Source: a virus
Lineage: Duplodnaviria > Caudoviricetes
DNA length: 52,149 bases
Reading direction: 5' to 3' (one strand)
IMG/VR virus record: IMGVR_UViG_3300037756_000051
Span: 1 to 52,149 of that record
This document shows positions 34,103 through 43,704 of this stretch, piece after piece. Each line of letters begins with the position of its first letter. Position 1 is the first letter of the stretch. The translations under genes and the position numbers were made by a program. The notes beneath the pieces are model-generated. The model searched no databases and was not told the origin of the DNA. It worked only from the letters and a program-made list of their open reading frames with translations.

Positions 34103-34591
34103 ATGACCGAGATCATCCTCGGCCAAGACGCCCGCGTCGCCCGCTGGATGTTCGAAGTCTCTAACTCGCGCCCGATGCAAATAAACGCAGCGATCGGATT
34201 GGCAGACGGCACCGGAAATCTGGTCGGTGGGATAGCTTTCACAGGCTTCAATGGTTCCGATATCGAGTGCCATTTCGTCGGTCCCGGCACGCTATCGCGT
34301 CGTGTCGTCCGCCTGATCTTCGGTATAGCCGTGATGCAGTTCAATCTCAACCGGCTGACGGTTCACACCCGCAAGCGTTCTATGGCGCGCGGCGTCACCA
34401 AGCTCGGCGCAAAATTCGAATGCGTGTGCAAAAGGCTTTATGGTCCGACCGATGCGGCGGAACACGCCGGCAGAAGATACTATTTCCCTAGAGAGACTAT
34501 GCTCAAACTCGCTGGATTGAAAGAACCTCGCGGCGAACCTGCCCGCGCAGCCTACCCGACTAAAAGGATAAGACATAATGGGTTTTCTTGA
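34103..34591 (+). CDS. GNAT-fold protein (P22 gp14 / T7 gp13-like position)
   Basis: G.LVGG..F...L.RL......KLG.KFE pattern between nozzle and ejection genes. Confidence 0.6.
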   Translation: MTEIILGQDARVARWMFEVSNSRPMQINAAIGLADGTGNLVGGIAFTGFNGSDIECHFVGPGTLSRRVVRLIFGIAVMQFNLNRLTVHTRKRSMARGVTKLGAKFECVCKRLYGPTDAAEHAGRRYYFPRETMLKLAGLKEPRGEPARAAYPTKRIRHNGFS

Positions 34592-35777
34592 TGATTGGTT
34601 TGGCATTGAAACGCCAAAGCCGCCTGATCCATACGCGACGGCCGATGCGCAATATCAATACAATAAGCAGGCCGCCGAAGACTTCATGCGGATGGGGTCA
34701 TTGGATCAATTCGGCCCATTCGGCTCGACCACTTACGAGCGCGGCCCGGATGGCCTACCGACCTCGCAGACGGTCAACCTGTCGCCTGAAGTTCAATCCT
34801 GGCTTGACAGCCAGTTCGGAGCGTCCGCAGGACTGAGCGACGCCGCACTAAGGCAGATCGGCTATCTACCGGAAGACAAGTTCCAGCTTCCAACCGGACC
34901 GTCAGCGACGGATTACGCCACCGGGGCATTCGGTTCCGAACTGCTCGACCCGTCCAGCTTCTCCGATCTGTCGGACATTTCGCAGACTTCGTATGATCAG
35001 GCAAGATCACTGTTCGAGCCTGACATCGAGAACGCCCGCAACGCAATGGAAGTCAAGCTTGCGCAGCGTGGAATCCCGGTCGGCTCGGAAATCTACAATC
35101 AGGAAATGGACCGTCTCGATCGTTCAGCCAACCAGGCTTATTCCGGGGCCGCCAGACAGGCGCAACTGGATGCAGGCAACGAGCAGTCGCGCCGCTTCAA
35201 CACGGCGCTACAGGGCCAGACATTCGGGCAGAACCAGTATCAGACGAACCTGTCGAATGATCTGCTGGAGCGCAACCAGCCTTACGCGGAAGCCTCGGCC
35301 TTGCTCGGGACAAATCCATCGTTCCAGACGCCGAGCTTCATGAACACGCCGACGCAGGCGATTTCCTCGCCCGATTATCAGGGGCAGGTTAACGCGAATT
35401 ATCAGGCGAAGGCAAATCAAAGTTCCGGTTTGTGGAACACGCTGGGTAGCCTCGGCAGTGCCTTTGCCGGGTCTAATGCTGGGTCAGCGGCGCTGGTCGG
35501 TCTATTCTCCGATGAAGACATGAAGGAAATGCGCGAGCCGGTTGACGGCGAGACGATCCTTGCCGGCTTCCGTGACATGCCTATTGACGAGTGGAACTAT
35601 ACCGACGAGGCGCGCATGGATCATGGCGTGCCGGGCGGAAGACATATCGGGCCGATGGCTCAAGACTGGAAAGAGCAGTTCGGCGGAGACGGTAAAACCA
35701 TCCCCGTCGTTGACGCGCTAGGGCGCTTAGCCAAGGCCGTGCAAGCGCTCGATAAGCGGACGATGAGGGCGGCATGA
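34578..35777 (+). CDS. DNA ejection / pilot protein with C-terminal S74-like chaperone domain
   Basis: P.PPDP..TA..Q N-terminus, Gln/Ala-rich, SDE.MKE...WNY...HIGPMAQD. Confidence 0.65.
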   Translation: MGFLDDWFGIETPKPPDPYATADAQYQYNKQAAEDFMRMGSLDQFGPFGSTTYERGPDGLPTSQTVNLSPEVQSWLDSQFGASAGLSDAALRQIGYLPEDKFQLPTGPSATDYATGAFGSELLDPSSFSDLSDISQTSYDQARSLFEPDIENARNAMEVKLAQRGIPVGSEIYNQEMDRLDRSANQAYSGAARQAQLDAGNEQSRRFNTALQGQTFGQNQYQTNLSNDLLERNQPYAEASALLGTNPSFQTPSFMNTPTQAISSPDYQGQVNANYQAKANQSSGLWNTLGSLGSAFAGSNAGSAALVGLFSDEDMKEMREPVDGETILAGFRDMPIDEWNYTDEARMDHGVPGGRHIGPMAQDWKEQFGGDGKTIPVVDALGRLAKAVQALDKRTMRAA

Positions 35778-36493
35778 CCCTTACACAGGAACGGCTCAAA
35801 GAGCTTCTGGAATACAGGCCCGATGAGGGCCTTTTTTATTGGCGGAAGGCGCGGGGGCATAAGAAAGCCGGGGCAGTCGCTGGATATTTGCGAGAAGACG
35901 GCTTTTGCAAGATCAGCATAGATAAACAATCTTATGGATCGCAGAAACTGGCCCACTTTTATGAACACGGTGAGTGGCCAAAGAGCGCCGATGCGTATCC
36001 GGTATTGACGCAGGAGAGATTGATAGAACTTCTTCATTACGACCCCGACACAGGCTTATTCACTCGCTTAAGGACTCGCGGCTCAAGTAAGGCGGGGGCT
36101 ATTGCTGGGGGAATTAGTAAAGGGCCACGAGATGGATACCTAAGGATCAAAGTTGACGGAAAGCGATACAAGGCCCACCGCCTCGCATTTTTATACATGA
36201 CCGGAAAGTGGCCTAATGGCCTTGTAGATCACAAAGATACAAACAAGCTGAACAATTCTTGGAAAAATTTGCGTGAATCGACGAATGGCCAAAATAAAGC
36301 GAATGGCAGAACGTACAAAAACAACAAGCTGGGCATTAAGGGTGTAAGCCTAAGGGGAAGGAAATACCATGCCCGAATATATCATTCGGGCAAGCTGACA
36401 ACACTCGGAACATTCGAAACGGCGGAAAAGGCAAATCAAGCCTACTATGCCGCAGCAACTGAAGTTCATGGTGGATTCGCGAGGGCATCGTAA
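35774..36493 (+). CDS. HNH-AP2 homing endonuclease with duplicated N-terminal module
   Basis: LTQERL.ELL.Y.P twice, AHRLAFLYM...VDHKD.NKLNN...NLR, AP2-like LGTF.TAE.A..AY. Confidence 0.88.
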   Translation: MTLTQERLKELLEYRPDEGLFYWRKARGHKKAGAVAGYLREDGFCKISIDKQSYGSQKLAHFYEHGEWPKSADAYPVLTQERLIELLHYDPDTGLFTRLRTRGSSKAGAIAGGISKGPRDGYLRIKVDGKRYKAHRLAFLYMTGKWPNGLVDHKDTNKLNNSWKNLRESTNGQNKANGRTYKNNKLGIKGVSLRGRKYHARIYHSGKLTTLGTFETAEKANQAYYAAATEVHGGFARAS

Positions 36494-38145
36494 TGGATAT
36501 TACCGATCAAATCATCGGCGTTGAGAGTAACGGAAATCCATTTGCCAAAAATCCACGCTCGTCGGCTCTTGGATCGGGGCAATTCCTCGGAGAAACCTGG
36601 CTCGAAATGATCCAGCGCCATCGTCCCGACCTGACGCAAGGCCGTAGCCGTGAAGAGATCCTTTCTATGCGCACAGACCCGAACCTATCCAGAGACATGA
36701 CGCAAGCTTACGCAGACCAGAATTCGGCCTTCCTACGGTCGAAAGGCTACGAGGCGACGCCCGCGAATACGTACCTATCTCATTTTGCTGGTCCAGCGGG
36801 AAGTGCGGCAATCCTTGCCAATCCCGGCGCAACAGTCGAGGCCCTTCTCGGCCCGGAAGCCGTGCGCGCCAATCCCTTCCTGCAAGGGATGACCGGACAG
36901 GATGTCATCGACTGGGCTGGCCGGAAAATGTCGCCAAGCCAAGCGATGGCAAAGAACCTGAAGAAGCAATTCGGCACGCCGGAGACTGCGCAAGGGCCAG
37001 CCGCTGCATCGGGGGATGACATGGGCAGGTTGAAAGCAGCACTCTCCGGCAAGACCTACGACCCAGACAATCTTTCCGGCGCTGACCGGCTGATCGATCA
37101 GGGCCAGAGCATCGCGGGCACGTCCGGCAATCCGTGGGGCGCAATCGGGGGCACGATCCTTGCTGGGCTTGGCGGTTATGAACGGAGCCAGGAGCGCGGA
37201 AACGAGAAGGCTTACAGAGAAGAGCTTGGCCAGACGCTCAGCGGTTCAGAGAACCCGATCGATATGGCGCGCAAGCTTATGACCTCGCCAGACCCAAAGC
37301 TGCAGGAGGCAGGAATAGACTTGTACGCCAAGGCGTCGATGCTGGCGCAGAAGGGCGGCACGCAGACGGCGGCGATACAGGAATATGAACTTGCGAAAAG
37401 CGAAGGCTTCGAGGGCGATTTCGCTTCCTTCCTGAAGGAAAAGAAATCGCCCCTTGTCACCATACAGGGTGAAGAAGAGTACGCCAAAACACGCGGCAAG
37501 GCGCTTGGCGAAGAATTCGGCACAATCCAGACCAATGCGCAGCAGGCTACGGACCGCATCGGCCAGCTTCGCCAAATCGATGATTTGCTGTCCAACCCCA
37601 ATGTCTACACCGGGACTGGAGCCGAAGCGATCAATGCGCTGAAGCGCACAGCTCAGACCTTATTCGGGCAGGATAGCATTGAAGGCGTTGCCGATGCCGA
37701 CGCCGCCCGCCGCGTCTCCACGGAGATGGCTCTAAGCCTGAAAGAAAATCTACCGGGTCCGATGTCAGATTCCGATCGTGAGTTTTTGCAGGCCATCCCG
37801 CCGAATATCGGAGACACGGCGCAGGGGCGCAAGCTCCTCGTCAGCCTCATGACGGCGAAGGAGCAACGCAAGATTGAGGCCGCTGAACTTGCGCGGGAAT
37901 ACGCCGAGCAGAACAACGGTCGCCTTGATGATGGCTGGTATAGCGTTCTCGGGCGCTATAATGCGCAAAATCCTGTTTTTACGCCTGAACTGATGGAGGA
38001 AGCGCGTACATTCAGCGGTGAAGGCCAGCAACAATCGCCTGCGGCAGGCGTTGCGCCCCGCATTCAGAGTGATGATGACTTCGACGCGCTGCCATCTGGA
38101 TCACAATTTATCGGCCCTGACGGCAAGCTGCGGAGGAAGCCATAA
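36493..38145 (+). CDS. ejection protein with N-terminal lytic transglycosylase-like domain
   Basis: IIGVESNG...SSA.G.GQFL..TW...YL.HFAG; C-terminal DFDALPSG..FIGPDG..RRKP. Confidence 0.75.
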   Translation: MDITDQIIGVESNGNPFAKNPRSSALGSGQFLGETWLEMIQRHRPDLTQGRSREEILSMRTDPNLSRDMTQAYADQNSAFLRSKGYEATPANTYLSHFAGPAGSAAILANPGATVEALLGPEAVRANPFLQGMTGQDVIDWAGRKMSPSQAMAKNLKKQFGTPETAQGPAAASGDDMGRLKAALSGKTYDPDNLSGADRLIDQGQSIAGTSGNPWGAIGGTILAGLGGYERSQERGNEKAYREELGQTLSGSENPIDMARKLMTSPDPKLQEAGIDLYAKASMLAQKGGTQTAAIQEYELAKSEGFEGDFASFLKEKKSPLVTIQGEEEYAKTRGKALGEEFGTIQTNAQQATDRIGQLRQIDDLLSNPNVYTGTGAEAINALKRTAQTLFGQDSIEGVADADAARRVSTEMALSLKENLPGPMSDSDREFLQAIPPNIGDTAQGRKLLVSLMTAKEQRKIEAAELAREYAEQNNGRLDDGWYSVLGRYNAQNPVFTPELMEEARTFSGEGQQQSPAAGVAPRIQSDDDFDALPSGSQFIGPDGKLRRKP

Positions 38146-40430
38146 TGCCTCGCTGGCAAGACGCGCCGGTTGTGGACCCGACGCAGGGTTTCCGCTGGCA
38201 GGACGCTCCGGAAGTGGAGGAAGAGGAAGCCGAGGGCGGCTTTTTCAACGATACATGGGTTGGCCGTCAGATGAAAGGCGCTGGAGAACTTGCGCAGGGC
38301 GCGTATGAAGCGGCGGTTCCTGAACGTGATCCGCGCTACGCGGAAACGCCTGGATTTACCGGGGAAGGTCTGCCCATGCAGGATGTAATGGGCATTCAGC
38401 GCGGCAAGCTGTCGGCCGCAGGTTTTGAAGACAAGCCATATCGCCAGATGATCATGCAGACGCTCGGCGATCGCATCAAGGAAGTCAAGACCGACGAGCA
38501 GGGCAACGAGATCGTGCGCTACAGCGGGGATGACGGCAAGGAATACGAGACCTACGTCAATCAGCCCGGCCTCGATATGCAGGATGTGGACCGTTTCATC
38601 TCCGGAACAGTCCCGTATCTCGCGGCGGCGTTCGTGACATCAAAAATTCCCGGACTCAACAAATCCATGCTGCTTCGAGCGCCCGCACAAGGACTGGCCG
38701 CAGGCAGCGTCAGCATCGGGCAGGATCTCGGCGCAGACCAGCCGATCGATCTGCCGAAAGCCGGTCTGACGAGCCTGCTAGGCGGCACAGGTGAGGTGGT
38801 TGGCGTAGCCGCATCGAAACTGTGGCGCAAGCTCACACAGCCTCAATATTATGACGAGGCAGCCGGAACGCTAACCCAAGCCGGTCGCAACGAGGCGGAA
38901 CGTCTCGGGCTTAATCCTGATCAGGTCCAAGGCGAAATGGCGCAGCGACTTAAGGAGATCAAGCGCGCGGAAAACCCGGAAGCGGCGGCGGCTGGCATCG
39001 AATCGGGCGAATTCGGCATCCCGACGACCAAGGGTCAACGCACGAAAGACCCTGAACAGCTCAACATCGAAGAGCAGATGCGCCGGTCGTTATTTGGCCC
39101 AGGCGCACGCGAGGTCATTACTGACTTCGACAAAACGCAGCGTGGGGCCATCCAGCAGGCCGCAGAAGGCGTTCAGGGCCGTATTGCGCCTAAATCCGCC
39201 GCAACGTTGCCCGAAGCAGGCCAGGAAATCGGAGAGAGCCTCCGCAGCGCTCGCGCTGGCTCGGACGCCCAAGTGACGCAGGCATGGAAAGAGATCGAAG
39301 ATCTATATCCGGTCTTGTCTGACACGAACACCGGCAATGCTGCGCGGGATATGATGACGCAGGATCTGCGGCAAAAGTTCGACAGCCTCGGCTTCTTCCC
39401 GGATGAAAAATTGACGCCGACCGCTCATCAGATGATGAACGAGCTTACGGATTTTTCCAGGAATATTCCCACACATACACCATATGAGCTGCTCGGCAAG
39501 ACAGGGCGCACGCCGTCGATAGACAACATGCGCCGCCGCTTGCTTGCACGCTATGAGGGGGCTGCACCAGGGCAGGACAAGGCGGCATCGCGGGCGATTT
39601 ACAATGGATTCAATGATTGGATCGAGGATCTCAGCGCAACTCAGGCGCTTAGAAGCAGCAAAGGGCAGTTCGTCAAAGGGGATTCGGCTGAAAAACTGGC
39701 CGAAGCCCGTAAGATTACGCGCGAGCAGCGCCAGCTATTCGAACCGAAAGATCCCCGTGGCAAGCTGACGCCTGCTGGAAGAATCCTTACGGACATCGCA
39801 GAAAATGCCGACACGCCGGAGCGCATTGTACAAAGCATTTTCGGGGCAAATGTCACCGGCATGCCGAAAGCGGGAACCGTTGATGCTTTGCGTCACATGA
39901 AACAGGTGTTCGCGAATGACCCATCGAAAACCGATCAGGTCAAGGCTGCATACTTTCTGAAGATGGTGACGGGAAATGACGGCAATTTGCTGTCACCGGG
40001 CCGGCTGGCGACAGCGGTCAACAAGTCGTTCGCCAATCAACGCTCAGTGGTTGATGAAATGTTCGATCCGGCAGAGCAAGAGTTTATCAAGCGCTTTCAG
40101 AAGGCGATCGAAACGGCTGTCTATACGCCGCCGAACCCGTCTGGAACATCCTACGCCCTTGAAGCCATGCGCCGCAAACAGCGCAGCAGTGGACTGGAAT
40201 ATGTCTTGCGGCGGCTTGGCACTCGTTCGACGTTCCAAGGCAAGGTCTGGCAGGGCACGATGTATCATTGGTTGGCGCGTGCGCTCCCGAATATCTTTGG
40301 CGCTCAGGAAGCCGCGTCACGCAGTCTGGCACGCAAGGCCATAGGTCAGACGATCGATTTCAAACCCGATCAGGGATGGCTTTTGAGCGCGATTGCAGCC
40401 TCACATGCTGCGTCGGATAATCAGGAATAG
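38145..40430 (+). CDS. large DNA ejection / internal virion protein
   Basis: RWQDAP.V repeats at the N-terminus, size, position. Confidence 0.6.
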   Translation: MPRWQDAPVVDPTQGFRWQDAPEVEEEEAEGGFFNDTWVGRQMKGAGELAQGAYEAAVPERDPRYAETPGFTGEGLPMQDVMGIQRGKLSAAGFEDKPYRQMIMQTLGDRIKEVKTDEQGNEIVRYSGDDGKEYETYVNQPGLDMQDVDRFISGTVPYLAAAFVTSKIPGLNKSMLLRAPAQGLAAGSVSIGQDLGADQPIDLPKAGLTSLLGGTGEVVGVAASKLWRKLTQPQYYDEAAGTLTQAGRNEAERLGLNPDQVQGEMAQRLKEIKRAENPEAAAAGIESGEFGIPTTKGQRTKDPEQLNIEEQMRRSLFGPGAREVITDFDKTQRGAIQQAAEGVQGRIAPKSAATLPEAGQEIGESLRSARAGSDAQVTQAWKEIEDLYPVLSDTNTGNAARDMMTQDLRQKFDSLGFFPDEKLTPTAHQMMNELTDFSRNIPTHTPYELLGKTGRTPSIDNMRRRLLARYEGAAPGQDKAASRAIYNGFNDWIEDLSATQALRSSKGQFVKGDSAEKLAEARKITREQRQLFEPKDPRGKLTPAGRILTDIAENADTPERIVQSIFGANVTGMPKAGTVDALRHMKQVFANDPSKTDQVKAAYFLKMVTGNDGNLLSPGRLATAVNKSFANQRSVVDEMFDPAEQEFIKRFQKAIETAVYTPPNPSGTSYALEAMRRKQRSSGLEYVLRRLGTRSTFQGKVWQGTMYHWLARALPNIFGAQEAASRSLARKAIGQTIDFKPDQGWLLSAIAASHAASDNQE

Positions 40431-40675
40431 AACAGCCATAGTCCAAGCGTTTTGACTGGACCGAACAAGACACCGAGCATTGTGGCGAGGCATAGCAGAA
40501 AGATGCTAATTCGTAAGCTGCGCGGAAGGCGGTCTATGGTCTTCTCAATGTGTGATTTTCGTCGGGTGAAATCGCTTTTTGCAATCGAGCGCTGAACCAG
40601 CCGATGCGCTTTCGCCTGACTGTGCGTCATCCAATCTCCCGGTGCAGCCTCCGTCATCTCGATTTCGTCGCTCAC
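40421..40675 (-). CDS. small membrane protein
   Basis: C-terminal hydrophobic helix. Confidence 0.5.
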   Translation of the reverse strand: MSDEIEMTEAAPGDWMTHSQAKAHRLVQRSIAKSDFTRRKSHIEKTIDRLPRSLRISIFLLCLATMLGVLFGPVKTLGLWLFYS

Positions 40676-40941
40676 CGTTCTTTCATTCCTTCTCTCACGG
40701 CATCAGCAACGATAGAGGGAAGATCGCGGCGGAATGATGTGATTTCAGCTTCGACCTTGCCGAGACGGTTTTCTATCTTGTCAAGTTTGCCGTCAATCCG
40801 CTCCAGCCGCAAGCCGTGTTCATCTTGTACAGCAGAGACCCTGCCGAGCTTGGCGACAACCCAGCGGAGAGTTTCAACCGTGTCGTGCTGGTTGGCTTCC
40901 AGCGCAGTAACACGGCGTTCTAGGTCGGCAATGTCGGTCAT
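40672..40941 (-). CDS. coiled-coil protein
   Basis: Heptad RLERIDGKLDKIENRL. Confidence 0.55.
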   Translation of the reverse strand: MTDIADLERRVTALEANQHDTVETLRWVVAKLGRVSAVQDEHGLRLERIDGKLDKIENRLGKVEAEITSFRRDLPSIVADAVREGMKER

Positions 40942-40946
40942 GGCGC

Positions 40947-41369
40947 TTAGCTGCTCTTCAGGATTTCCGTTGCGTCAATAGCGTTGTGCCCGTTCGGATC
41001 ATCGACCTTGAACATCTTGACGGTAATTGCCGTCTCGAATCTCGGCATGGCGATGGTGCTTGGTCCGGTGGCATAGACCCTGCCGCCCTGATCGTTGATG
41101 TAACCGTGAGCCTGGCCGGGGGTGTGTCCGAGGACATTGGGCTTATAGGCTGAGGCTCCGTCAACGATCAGGAATTTGTCGTAGCCATTTTTCAGGGTCT
41201 CTTTTGCGGCAATGACCATAGCGCGCCGTTCGGGTTCAAGAGCGCCGTAGATAGGCGCTGTCGAGACGTTTACACGTACTGTGTCGTTAGCAAGACGCAT
41301 TGCAGATTGCTCTGCGCAGCCAGCGCAAACAAGCATGACGGCTGCACTCAATAGGCTGTTTTTTATCAC
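40947..41369 (-). CDS. lipoprotein
   Basis: Signal peptide with lipobox-like CAGC; GGGGG RBS. Confidence 0.65.
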   Translation of the reverse strand: MIKNSLLSAAVMLVCAGCAEQSAMRLANDTVRVNVSTAPIYGALEPERRAMVIAAKETLKNGYDKFLIVDGASAYKPNVLGHTPGQAHGYINDQGGRVYATGPSTIAMPRFETAITVKMFKVDDPNGHNAIDATEILKSS

Positions 41370-41394
41370 TTAAATCCCCCAATCGAAGTTGCTC

Positions 41395-41553
41395 TTAATC
41401 CTTCGTGAAACCAACGGCAGCAATGCCGATAACAGCCAGCCAGGCCGCGCCGCCCCACGGCATGCCATAAAGTTCGAACGCCAATAGAGGGATGAAAGCC
41501 ATGATGGAAATCAGCCACCTGAACCAGCGGTGCTCCAGATAATTGGCGATCAT
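41395..41553 (-). CDS. 52-aa two-TM membrane protein (MIANYLEHRWFRWL...)
   Basis: Not in the ORF track; ATG overlaps the upstream stop (TGATG); two hydrophobic segments. Confidence 0.5.
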   Translation of the reverse strand: MIANYLEHRWFRWLISIMAFIPLLAFELYGMPWGGAAWLAVIGIAAVGFTKD

Positions 41554-41759
41554 CACGCTGTCCCCATTGCGACAGAAAGCTTTTCAAGAAACTCATGGAT
41601 GCCCCAAGCTGCAATGCCCCACAGGGCAGCAGCCGTAACCAACCCCAGAACTCTTTCTGTTGGGAATTCTTCAGCAAGAAAGTGCACGACCCTCTTAAAC
41701 AGACCTTGCCTTGGCTCCATGACGCCCGGCCGCGTCTCCGAATAGACGATCTCATCCAT
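41553..41759 (-). CDS. small membrane protein
   Basis: One hydrophobic helix. Confidence 0.5.
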   Translation of the reverse strand: MDEIVYSETRPGVMEPRQGLFKRVVHFLAEEFPTERVLGLVTAAALWGIAAWGIHEFLEKLSVAMGTA

Positions 41760-41773
41760 ACCAAGGAATCCTT

Positions 41774-43603
41774 ATGGTTGACAAAACGCACCCTAAATAT
41801 AGTCCACAAATAGAGGCTATACAAAGAAAACTCCAGGCTTCTGGATTTTATCAAGGTGAGATCGACGGCGTTGACGGTCCTGCGACGCAGCGCGCAATCG
41901 CCCTTGGACAGCAGATGGAGCCGAAAAAGAGCGATGCTGAAATTCAGCTTGAGCGGGAACAGTTGGCGGCCGGGCAATCCGACAAGGAAGCCGTGCGGCA
42001 GCAAAAGCGCGAAGAAACCGCAGATCCCCTTTGGGATACGTTCGTTCCGTTCGGCATAGGTGCTGGGGTAGGGTATGGAAGCGGCGAACTTGCCAACCGA
42101 GCGTTATTTGGAAGCGATGCCAGCAAAGCCGCGGCCCTTAAGGAAATCGGCAATGAACTTGGCCCAACTTCGAAGCTGACCGATTCTAAAGTCAACCGAT
42201 CGCGAGCATATGGCGCGAGTGAGGCTGCTAAACGTATCGTGCCCACTTCGACCGGTGCCAAAATTGGCAATATGCTAGGGCGCGCAACCACATACGGCGT
42301 TCCTGCGGGCATACTTTACAATGAATGGAGTCGTTATGAGAAAGCAGGCGAAGACCCTTCGCTAACCGAAACAGAACGCCAAGCCAATCGCCGGATTGCA
42401 TCTGGACTTCTCGGCGCATTGACGGGCGTCGGCTTTGAAGGTGGAATCCGCGTTGCGAACCGAATTCTCCCAGAAGGATATGGAACGGCTTTAACTCGCA
42501 TCGAGACCGCCCGCAATCTGGCCGAACGTTTTGATGAGCGAGATGCAGGAAAAAGTCCTGCATCTTCCGGAATATCACGCCTTGAAAATTCATTGAAACG
42601 ACCTCAGTCAGAGCTCATTGAGGCTAAGCCTATACAGTCGTTGCCGCCACCGCAGTCGCCGCAATCCAAGCCCCAGCTTGCTGCCCCGAAAGAGCAAACG
42701 CCGATCCGGAACATGGAACGGTTGCGCGGTGCTGTAGCCGCCGCTGGCGGCAGCCCGGCATCGACGAAATCCGCCAATTATGAAGCTCTCCGCAAGGGGC
42801 TGACAAAAGACAATCTTTCTGCTGTTGCCGATAGCATGAACCTGCCGAAAACAGCCTCGAAAGCGACAGTTCTTCAGAGAGCAAGGGAACTGCTTAGAAC
42901 GAGCGGAAAATCCGGACTACTTTTGCCCTTGGCCGCCGCTGCTACCGCCTATGAACTGGCAGGAGAACCGGCCGAGGCAGGAACGCCAGAAGTCGAAGCA
43001 GGCACGGGCAACCTCTCTACGACCGGAACCAACACCGCAGACCGCCTTGGGGCGGCAACGGCGGCAGGCGGCACGGTCTACGGTATGGATAGGCTTATCA
43101 ACGCCCTGAAAGGCGCAGCGCCAAATCTGACCCGATCCATCGGAGCCGGTGGCGTCATGACCCTGCCCGGCGCGATCGCCGACCAGTTCGACAATGCCAC
43201 GCCGGATGAACTGACCGCAGGCAGCAACCGCCTCTACAACCAGCAGGCGCGCTTCCAGGAAGCCACCGGCTTGCCCGATTGGCTCATGGGCCAGAACGTC
43301 GCCGAAGCCCGCGACATGGCGCAAGTCCCGGAACGCAACCCGGCGCGTGTCTACGAGAACGCCTATCAACCCGGAGGGGAGCCTTCCGGCTACGGCGGCG
43401 GAACGCATGAGATGCCGGACGGCAGCGTGATGGCCGATAGCGAGATGCCGCCGCCACAAGCGCAAGAGCAGCCCGCACAAGAGCCGCCAGCGGAAGCCGC
43501 CGACTTCGAAGCCCTCAGCCAAGCGTTCGAGCAAGACCCGGAAATCGCGGATTTGCTCCGCGAATACGTCAGATCGCGCATTGATATGACGCAGTATCAG
43601 TAA
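41774..43603 (+). CDS. putative internal virion protein with N-terminal peptidoglycan-binding domain
   Basis: IQRKLQASGFYQGEIDGVDGPATQRAI (PG_binding_1-like). Confidence 0.7.
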   Translation: MVDKTHPKYSPQIEAIQRKLQASGFYQGEIDGVDGPATQRAIALGQQMEPKKSDAEIQLEREQLAAGQSDKEAVRQQKREETADPLWDTFVPFGIGAGVGYGSGELANRALFGSDASKAAALKEIGNELGPTSKLTDSKVNRSRAYGASEAAKRIVPTSTGAKIGNMLGRATTYGVPAGILYNEWSRYEKAGEDPSLTETERQANRRIASGLLGALTGVGFEGGIRVANRILPEGYGTALTRIETARNLAERFDERDAGKSPASSGISRLENSLKRPQSELIEAKPIQSLPPPQSPQSKPQLAAPKEQTPIRNMERLRGAVAAAGGSPASTKSANYEALRKGLTKDNLSAVADSMNLPKTASKATVLQRARELLRTSGKSGLLLPLAAAATAYELAGEPAEAGTPEVEAGTGNLSTTGTNTADRLGAATAAGGTVYGMDRLINALKGAAPNLTRSIGAGGVMTLPGAIADQFDNATPDELTAGSNRLYNQQARFQEATGLPDWLMGQNVAEARDMAQVPERNPARVYENAYQPGGEPSGYGGGTHEMPDGSVMADSEMPPPQAQEQPAQEPPAEAADFEALSQAFEQDPEIADLLREYVRSRIDMTQYQ

Positions 43604-43704
43604 GACTAGCGCAACCTTTCAGAATTGAGTACATATAGCGAACGCGACGGGTGCTGGTAACACCGCGCCGCGTTCTTGACATCGAACCTGTAAAGGAGGC
43701 TCGA

